DNA of 18,201 bases from Paraspadella gotoi. Taxonomy: Eukaryota; Animalia; Chaetognatha. The DNA lies in the NCBI GenBank assembly GCA_051294375.1, contig CM119264.1, positions 5,717,636 to 5,735,836 of the forward strand, in the 5' to 3' direction. The notes below the pieces were generated by a model that was not told the DNA's origin, made no database searches, and worked only from the letters and a program-made list of their open reading frames with translations. Below, one piece after another: positions 9,919 through 18,201 of the stretch (its first letter is position 1; every line of letters starts with the position of its first letter). Position numbers and translations under genes: made by a program.

Positions 9919-10230
9919 CTCGCCCCTCCCTTTATTTTTCGCCAGAGCCTAATTTCTATTCGAGAGAATGTAAAGAAAGATAAAAGGTTTCTCCCTTTGC
10001 CGACGTCNNNNNNNNNNNNNNNNNNNNNNNNNNNNNNNNNNNNNNNNNNNNNNNNNNNNNNNNNNNNNNNNNNNNNNNNNNNNNNNNNNNNNNNNNNNNN
10101 NNNNNNNNNNNNNNNNNNNNNNNNAGTCTAAGAAGAAAACTTTAAAGTTTATTTTAATCAATTATTATCTCGCCGAGATAAATCTGGTTTAAGGTTCGGA
10201 ATTTGAGGGTGAGAGCGAAAGTCGGTTTCC
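9919..10230 (+). repeat. Third partial copy of the same unit, split by the gap at 10008-10124
   Basis: cctccctttatttttcgccagagcctaatttctattcgagagaatgtaaagaaaga matches ~13639 onward; gagataaatctggtttaaggtt...gcgaaagtcggtttcc matches ~14209-14266. Confidence 0.9.
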
Positions 10231-10246
10231 AAAAAAGAGAGCAGAT

Positions 10247-13200
10247 GACAGTTCGGAGTATCTTTGTATTCCCATAGCACACAGTTTATTTCCGTTCTGT
10301 CTTTCTCGACATGTTCACGCTCTTACTTCTTGTATTTATCCCACTATCCAATTAGTTCCGCTCTGATTTCTTTTCTTCGCTATACCTTAGTTTAGGTTTG
10401 TACCTCGTTCATTGATTGTCGAGCCAACAGTACTCCGTTTTAGTACGATTCTTTATTTTCAGTACATTCCACAAAGTAAATTTGGTCTCCTTACTGTTTC
10501 TTTGTCATATACGCTCTCGAACTCAGTGATTTAGATATATCTACGTTTTCTTGCAGTGTATTATGTCTCATCTACTAGTATCGGGTGGTTCTGGGCATAT
10601 TATCCACCATCAAGTTTTATACACGATTTTCTATTTATTTGCTCTTTATGCTATATGGCTATCATCAGGTTTTCACGTTTTATACTTTTTTTATTACTTT
10701 TACATCATACAGTTCCGTTCCTTTTTTTTCGCCACAGTTCGCGTTTCTTTTTTCACCCTACATTATTGTGCACGCTATTTGGTCCTGGATATATTTTTTA
10801 TACGGACTCTAGGCTCAGATGACCACAAGTTTCTAGGCTTTTTCACGGATACAGTCGGATCATTGCTTTACGAAGGCTCCGAGGGGAGATAGTTTACACT
10901 CTTGACGGATGTAATCACCAGATATCGCAGCTATCTCGGTGATCCTTCTTCATAGCTGACCTCGGACTGGGCTTCTGTCTCTCATCTTGATGGACTTGTG
11001 TTGTGCGCCGGGCGTGATTTTTTGTGTTTCCGACATGTTTTCATTACTTTTCTCCACTGCGCTCCAAGTTCTCCGTCCCGGAGCGGTGTCCTTCGTGCGT
11101 GCAGCAGGTGGTTCTCAATTCCCACAGGAGGGTGCAGTCTTGAGCGAGTGTTATATCTAACGTGCTCATAGTCGGCGGACCAAAGAGGTGCATTTCCCGG
11201 AGCGTCTGGCCAGGTGCTCTCTGCGCTCTATAACGAGTTTTTTCTTCGCAGTACTCTGGATATCCTGCGGGCACTTATCTAGTTTTGTGCATCTTGCGCA
11301 TTCATCTGTCCTCAGCACAGTCGGTGGTGCGTTGTTTCTTGGCCGTCTCTACACCACGTCACTTAGTTGCGCATTCAGTCGTGTGCGATTCTTAGCTTTT
11401 CGCATGAGCAGTGATATTCGATCGTTCGCACACTATTCATCGTCGGGCGTTATCCCCAGAGATGCTAGTCTTTAGGCTTTCTATTCTGTGCGCCATGCGT
11501 AACAGAGTTGATGTCATGACCATCGCTAGCTGTCTACGCGTGATCAGGGATCGCAATCGTCTTCGCTCAATCTTCCGCTGGTCACGAGAGTCCGTCCTGG
11601 CTTACGGGCGGGCTGGTTTTGGGTAATAATATCAAAAGGCGGGCGTTCATTCAAGGTTTAGTTGTCGTCCGTAAAGAGAAAGCTGGAGGCGTCATATATT
11701 AGGCGGCGCCGTTCTTCTAGCAGAAGAGATCCGCGCCGCGAACCCAACGATATGTGAAGGGCCCCCCGTCACGCAAAAATGGCATATAGTGCAAGCGGGA
11801 AGGGGACGGATTACATACCTATACGGACACCGAGACAATAATGCTCTTCATTGGAGTCTACGTAAGCCACCTCTTAGGCGCGTGAGGAGGTGACAGATGC
11901 AGCTGAGGCGCGTCATTCGGATAGACTTCTCTCACTCCTGTCTCAGCGTGGAGTATATAATATGTATACTCTCGAGGAGGGGGAGTACGAGGAGAATAAA
12001 ATGATTCTGTGTATTTCGGGACTGGATGGCGGCCAGAGTTCTCTCGGCATATTGTTGTGTGATTCCAGGCGTAGAGAGCGCGGCGCGGCGCGGCGAGGCT
12101 TCAGGTGAGGAAGAGGTATGTATATATGAGATCTTGTATGTCTCTTTGTATATATATGTTGTTGTCTGTGTCGGAGGAAGGAAGGAGAGCGAGAGAGAGG
12201 TGAAGACACTCGGAGATCACACCACCAACGGAGAGACTGTGGAAGGCAGGAATATGTGTGATAAAATATATGAGAGAGAGGGGTCAATATTGAATAAATG
12301 GTCAATTGGTCATGTGGTCTAGTGATATTTATTGAGATCTAGTTTTTTTTACGAACTTCATAGCTACCACGGTGTCGAGATACAGCTAATTTTTTGTCTT
12401 TCACGCACGATATCGGCATTGCACGTCGTTGAGACAAGTGTGCAGTCAGTTCAATATTACTCGCGCCAAGAAAGAGACTCTCGAGCATAAATAGAAAACT
12501 CGACAAAACCGCAATTTCACGAACCAATAAATTGAAATCGATATGTCTCGCTGCGTCGGCGTTTTAAAATTCGACGCTGACGTCTAACGCGCTGCTTTCT
12601 TTTTGATCGCTACGTTACTACAGCTTCCGGCGGACGATTCGGCCGTGCATAACAGACGAATCGTACGGAAAACATTCATCGAAATAGTTTTCATCTCGTC
12701 GCCACCACGAATATTTAGACGACAAACAGCGACAGCGACGAAACGACGACGAAACGACGACAACAAAACGAGACACAACAGACGACGGACAGGCGAACTA
12801 TTCATCTCCAGCTGAGATCGAAAGAGAAAGGTTCATAAGGCGCTAAAAGATGTTGTTGTCTCAACCTTTCTCATTTTTTTTTTCTTTTTTTTTTGACCGC
12901 GCCTGCTTTTCTTCGCTTCCTTGCGAGCTTTTTTTGCTTTTTTCTCATTCCTCGCCATTCGCTTCCTCTCTCTTCTCTCAACTCTTTTTATTAGTTTCTC
13001 TTTCTTTCTTTCATCCTCATTGGTTTTTAAGTTTTGTAATTTCTTATCTCAGGGTCACAAGTTCTGGACCAATTGTGTTTCCTCCTCTTTCTCTCTCATC
13101 TACTTTTTTTGGCATCTTTCTCTCTTTCACCCATACATGCCTCTTTAAGATTTTTCCATCGGCGTTTGCCTCCCTCCCCTCCCTGCCTTTCTCTCGACCT

Positions 13201-13275
13201 CCACTACTTTCTCTATCCTTTCTGCTTCGCCTCACTTCCTGCTTCATCCATTCTCTCCTGCAGGCCTCTCTTCAC
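10247..13275 (+). repeat. Highly noisy, insertion-rich direct copy of ~6946-8972 (probable uncorrected long-read insert)
   Basis: Collinear anchors: gacagttcgg 6946/10247; cattcaaggttta ~7548/~11648; gagatccgcgccgcgaac ~7616/~11726; atattgaataaatggtcaattggtcat ~8079/~12287; ctcgcgccaagaaagagactctcga ~8223/~12460; tgttgttgtctcaa ~8587/~12851. Confidence 0.9.
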
Positions 13276-15094
13276 TTCTCCTTCCACTCCCATTTCTCCG
13301 CTGCACCAGATCTTGCGCTTCTCCCGCCGCTCTTACATTGACTCGGGCATCTCCTCTTTCTTTTCTTCTTCTTTCTTCTTACTGTCAAAGTCAGGAATAG
13401 AACTCTCATGAATAAATTTTGCTACCTTTCACACCGCTCCTCTTCCCTACTCCTTTTCACCCCCTCATCGCCGTCTCGACTTCCCCTTTCTCCGTGAGCT
13501 AGTTTCGGCTCGCTTGGGCGAGTAAAAGGCTTTTGTCTCTCCTCTCTCATCATCTCGTCTGCTGCTTCTCTCTCGCTCTCTCTGCTCTCTCTCCTCTCTC
13601 TCTCTCAGTCTCTCTCTCACCTCTCTCTCTCTCTTCGCCCTCCCTTTATTTTTCGCAGCAGAGCCTAATTTCTATTCGAGAGAAATGTAAAGAAAGATGA
13701 AAAAGGTTTCTCCCTTTGCCTGGACGTCTACAGGACACCTCTTAGCCGACGAAGAAAAGTTTACGATTTCCCTTTGGCCGAGCGACGCCTTCCTGCCTTA
13801 GACCGACGTCTGGGCTTCCTCATATTCTGTCCAAAGAATGAATAATATAATTATATAATATATACAAGTTGAACACATTCTTTGAAAATATATTTCCACT
13901 TCATATTGAATCAGAGGAGAAGCCAGGTACATCTGGGAGTATAATAAACGGAGACTTGTGAGAGAGTCTTGAATTGAAACCGTTGGCAGGACCTGCTATG
14001 TCATATATCATGTAAGTAAATGATGGAGGCCGTTAAAACCACGGCTAAAGTCCTGTCCAACAGTCAGGGGCAAGAATAGCTTAATTTAGTTAATGAATGA
14101 TAAATTTTTATAGGGTTTGTACGCAAATTTCAATAAAAACTCAAGTCTAGCAGAGAAAAACTGTTACAACGTTAAATTTTAACTCAATCTAATTAATCCT
14201 TGCTGCGCGAGATAAATCTGGTTTAAGGTTGGAATTTGAGGGTGCAGAAGGCGAAAGTCGGTTTCCTAGTCTCGGCCGGGTGAGTAATTGAAAAACGTTT
14301 TTCGTACTTACCAGTGCGCCAGCCGAAACGACATGTTTTTAGGAAGAAAGAAAATCCGAGGTGATAAGCAGCATTTGAATTTTATTATGCACAGTGACTA
14401 TGTAACGCGACTGAAATTTCTGCACAATTAATTACTTTATATCGACTCATTATGAAAACTCCGCCAACCAATTCATATAGATCAATTAACTGATTGAGGC
14501 GATCTAGTTTTTACTTTGTGGGTAAATAAGACAAAGAAGAGTGTAAGTTTAGAACAAAGTGATAATGCGAAGCCGTTAACAGAAAGAGATTTAGATTTTA
14601 GATTAATCGCTCCATGATCTTAACCTACACTGTAAGACTAAATAAACGCACCTAATTTTAAATGTAAAACCGATGTTTTTTTTAAAAAAAAGCGATTCGA
14701 CGTTTATTATTTAGATGAAAGCGTCAACAAAGAATCGAAGGAAACTTGTTTTCCTGCAATGTCGCAATTCGGCATTGTTTTGAGCGTCGTTTCAACATTC
14801 CTCCGGAGATTTAGGGCTGACGGACAGGGCGACGACGTGGGAGACGGCGTCGTAAGAAGATCAGGCCTTCTCGTCCGACGGACGCGCGGGGCTCATCCGA
14901 GAGCGGGCGACAGGCGCCAGGCCGACAGGCGCCGATCGCGCCGGCGGTCGAGGCATACTCGCGTGTGNNNNNNNNNNNNNNNNNNNNNNNNNCGGCGTCC
15001 GTTAAAGTCTCGGCGCAAACGATTTTTATTTCCGAGACGCAAAGACATTCGCTCGAGTTTATGGAGCGAAAACCGAACAGAGACGGCGAGGTTA

Positions 15095-15690
15095 GGAACT
15101 GGAGATGGAACCGAAGATGGGACTAGAGATGGAACCGAAGAGGGGATTGAGATGCGACCGAAGATGGGACTAGATATGGAACCGAAGATGGGACTAGAGA
15201 TGGAACCGAAGATAAAACTAGAGATGGAACCGAAGATGTGACTAGAAATGGAACCGATGATGGGATTAGAGATGGAACCGAAGATGGGATTAGAGATGAA
15301 ACCGAAGATGGGACTAGAGATTGAACCAAAGATGGGACTAAAGATGAAACTAAAGATGGGACTAGAGATGGAACCGAAGATGGGACTAGAGATGGAACCG
15401 AGGATGAGACTAGAGTTGGAACCGAAGATGGGACGAGAGATGGAACCGAAGATGGAAATTGTGATGAAACGGTCGGTGGAACTGCTGATGGAATTAAAGG
15501 TGGAACTGGTAATCTTACCGACGATGGTACTAAAGATGGAAATAACGATGAAAATGATGATGGAAATAATGAAAAACCTCGAAATGGAAATGACGATGGA
15601 ACTGGAGATGGAATCAGCGAAAGGAACTGAAGATGGAATCGACAATGGAACCGATGTTGGGAAAGACGATGAAACAAACGAATGGAACCG
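15095..15690. repeat. 24-bp minisatellite GAGATGGAACCGAAGATGGGACTA (2 x 12-bp subunits): ~14-15 homogeneous copies to ~15455, then a degenerate 12-mer tail
   Basis: Direct reading; produces the EMEPKMGL, DGTEDGTR and PSSVPSLV periodic translations. Confidence 0.95.
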
Positions 15691-16117
15691 GAAATGGGCG
15701 ACAAACAAATTCCGTTGTCGATTTTAACTGGATCTCCCCCGTGAATTGAGTGACAGCAACGGGGGGGGAGAAGTATCGGCGGAATTGTGTTGGGAGGAAA
15801 GAAGAAGAGATAGACACAGGACAGAAAGACAGACAAACGAGAGAGAAACAAAAAGACAAAGAAACGAAGACAAGAAACTGTCAGACAAAGAAATGAAAAA
15901 AAAATAAACAAAAAAGATGTGATTCAAAGAAAGACTTTAAAAGATTTGTAATTTTGTCGTTAAAAGAAAGAAAGAAGGAAAGAAAAAAAGAAAAAATAGA
16001 ATGAAAGAAAGAACGAAAGAAAGAAGGAGAGAATGAGAACAAAAGAAAGAAAGACGGAAAGAAAAAAAAAGAGCGGTAACTAACATCTTCAAGCACACCA
16101 AGCCCACCCTATGGTCA

Positions 16118-16163
16118 ACCTCCTCCTCTTCCTCGTCCTCATCCTCCTCCTCCTCCTCCTCAT
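16118..16163. repeat. Imperfect (CCT)n microsatellite
   Basis: cctcctcctcttcctcgtcctcatcctcctcctcctcctcctcat. Confidence 0.9.
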
Positions 16164-16295
16164 CCAAGAAATATATCGATTCGATTCCATATTTTAGCGA
16201 AGTTAGACTAAAAGTCGCGAACAAAAAAAAAAGCGGGAAGAGGAAGAGGAAGAAAAAAAGGGGTCTAAAGAAGGGTGAACCCGGAAATTCGGCCA

Positions 16296-16335
16296 CGACC
16301 TCTTTGACCTCGTGACCTCTTGACCTCTTCGACCT
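16296..16335 (-). promoter_or_regulatory. Cluster of nuclear-receptor-type half-sites (TGACCT x3 in DR2 spacing plus two CGACCT)
   Basis: cgacct ctt tgacct cg tgacct ct tgacct ctt cgacct; motif match only, and it could equally be an 8-9 bp tandem repeat. Confidence 0.3.
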
Positions 16336-16433
16336 CGGCGAGGTCCCTCCGCGCGCGCGAGCGAGATTCGCGGTCGGAATCTGCCACTAAAGTCGCGGAG
16401 TCCCGTCGTTTGTCAGACGCGAGGAAAAACGAA

Positions 16434-16446
16434 TTTGGCGGGAAAA
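16434..16446 (-). promoter_or_regulatory. Consensus E2F/DP site (TTTTCCCGCCAAA)
   Basis: Plus strand tttggcgggaaaa inside a CpG-rich patch; motif match only. Confidence 0.3.
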
Positions 16447-16784
16447 AGAATTCGACAGAGAAATTTGTTGCGAGAAAGAAAAAAAAAGAGAAGAGGTGAG
16501 CGATGGTTAAGAAGGGGAAAGGCGGGAGCGAAGGGAGGGGGAGATGAACGCGAGTCGCGTTTATTTGATTCAATTACTTTTAATTTAAAAAGAACAGATT
16601 AGTTAAAATTGGCTGCTAGTAAAATTTAAAGTATCTAATCTTTTGCTTTTGAACGTTATAGAAAGGCTTTCGCATTCACATTAATGATATATGATATATT
16701 GATTAGCCATATAGTATTTTTTGCGTTTAAATTTTAAAACAAACATTTTCCTTCATCTATGAGTTCGTCCCGCAAAAAAAAACC

Positions 16785-17403
16785 TACTTTCATTTTTCCT
16801 TCTCCCATTTTTTCCTTTTTCTCTTTTTTTCCTTTTTCCCTCTTGTTTCTTTTTTTTCTCTCCCTCTCATTTCTCCCTCATTTCTACTTTTTCCTTTCTT
16901 TTTTCGATACCCTGGTAAGATCTGACAGTTTTCTCTCACATTGACGAATAATGACAAATTGTTCTACTTCGGCCTCTTTTTTTCCTTTCATCTCCTCTGC
17001 CTCCTTTTTTCTCCTTCCTTACTGCCTTCTTTCATCTCCCTTCTTTAGTCAAATTTCTCTTCTATGTATCTCCCCGCCCTTTCTCTGCTTTCCTTTATTA
17101 TTTTTCCTCCTCCTGCCCTTCATTTCATAAGTACTTTCTTTCTTTCCCTTCTCTTTCAATCCTACCTCTTTTTTTTCTTTTCCTTCCTCTCTTCTTTACT
17201 TTTCACTCCTTTATAGCTCTTTTTCTTTCCTTTTCCCTTATTCTTTTTTTGCTCTCTTTCTCCTTCCTTCCTCCCTTTCTTTCCTTTCTTTGTCCTTCCC
17301 ACTCTCTTCTTTTCTTTTTCCTTCCTCCTTTTCTTTCCTTTCTTTCACCTTCCTCCCTTTCTTTTCTGTCTCCTTCCTCCCTCTCTGACTCTACCCCTCT
17401 CTC
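16785..17403. repeat. Long polypyrimidine low-complexity tract
   Basis: Strongly C/T-dominated on the plus strand; a similar tract lies at ~17865-18201 and includes (CTT)n at ~18003-18027. Confidence 0.85.
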
Positions 17404-18201
17404 GCTTATCCATCGTTGCAATTTTCGCCCGGCTACAATCTCGTCAGTCGCCACCCACGCAGCACGCCCCCTTCGCTCACAGCCCGACGGTTTTTCCGGC
17501 CCCCATCGCNNNNNNNNNNNNNNNNNNNNNNNNTATGCATTTTCAAACCGGCTCGAATATTTTCTCATGAAACGACTTGCGGATACTGAGGACCGAACAC
17601 AGTGAGTTTGCTCTTTATCTGATTTTCCTCTGCTCAAGTAGTAAACAAAAGAACTCTCTCTCTTCTCTTTNNNNNNNNNNNNNNNNNNNNNNNNNNNNNN
17701 NNNNNNNNNNNNNNNNNNNNNNNNNNNNNNNNNNNNNNNNNNNNNNNNNNNNNNNNNNNNNNNNNNNNNNNNNNNNNNNNNNNNNNNNNNNNNNNNNNNN
17801 NNNNNNNNNNNNNNNNNNACACACACACACCCACTAACGTATTAAAAGCTCGCCTTAATTCTTTAAACTCTTTTACATTCCTCCGGCCCGTTCTTTCTCC
17901 TTCTCTCCATATCTCTCTTTTTTCTTTTCTCCTTTTCTCCTCTATTCATCTCTGCCACTCTTCTTATTCTTTTTCTCCTTCTTCTCTTTCTCCTTTCTCT
18001 TATTCTTCTTCTTCTTCTTCTTCTTCTACTTATTTCTTTCTCTTCTCTCATTCCCTCCCACTGTGTGATTCTTCAATCTTCATGCTTTCAACCTTTTTAT
18101 TCCGCCGCTTTAGCTTTAGCTTCATTCTCTCGTCTCTCTCTTTCCCCCAAAACAGTATTCTCCCCATATCTTCCTCTCTCCTCCCCTTTCCTTCTCTCCC
18201 T

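Noticed and set aside
9966-9978. GAATGTAAAGAA resembling miR-1
   Set aside because: The seed is broken (AGAATG instead of GGAATG), the 3' part differs, and there is no hairpin partner.
10247-14274. Ancient segmental duplication, LTR pair or hypermutated paralogue; ORFs within it
   Set aside because: Divergence is dominated by short insertions with blockwise quality changes, which fits raw long-read error. There are no TG...CA ends, target-site duplications or internal retroelement ORFs.
14759-15911. Overlapping 159-271 aa ORFs on both strands
   Set aside because: They are explained by a 24-bp repeat that lacks stops in several frames. The plus-strand frames carry stops or frameshifts, and the non-repeat parts are low complexity, so I did not call a CDS.
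15937-16296. 119-aa ORF with a poly-Glu tract
   Set aside because: The acidic run is the (CCT)n microsatellite and the flanks are Phe-rich translations of A-rich tracts.

Overview
This is a gappy eukaryotic (probably invertebrate) draft-assembly window with 11 N-gaps, dominated by GA/CT, GAC and GAG microsatellites, long purine/pyrimidine-skewed tracts and several 8-25 bp minisatellites. I could not support any protein-coding gene, RNA gene or CRISPR array; the long ORFs come from N-runs, low complexity or tandem repeats. The main structure is a redundant block: ~10247-13275 is a very noisy, insertion-rich collinear copy of ~6946-8972, ~13276-14274 is the reverse complement of 8998-~9918, and 9919-10230 is a third partial copy. 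This most likely reflects long-read gap-filling or misassembly rather than biology. The most plausible real signals are a DINE-1/HINE-like (non-autonomous Helentron) left end at ~1537-1593, a DR2-spaced AGGTCA half-site cluster with an E2F site in a CpG-rich patch at ~16280-16450, hierarchical minisatellites and a few candidate splice or promoter motifs. I see no convincing novel biological system. All alignments were done by eye, so boundaries are approximate.
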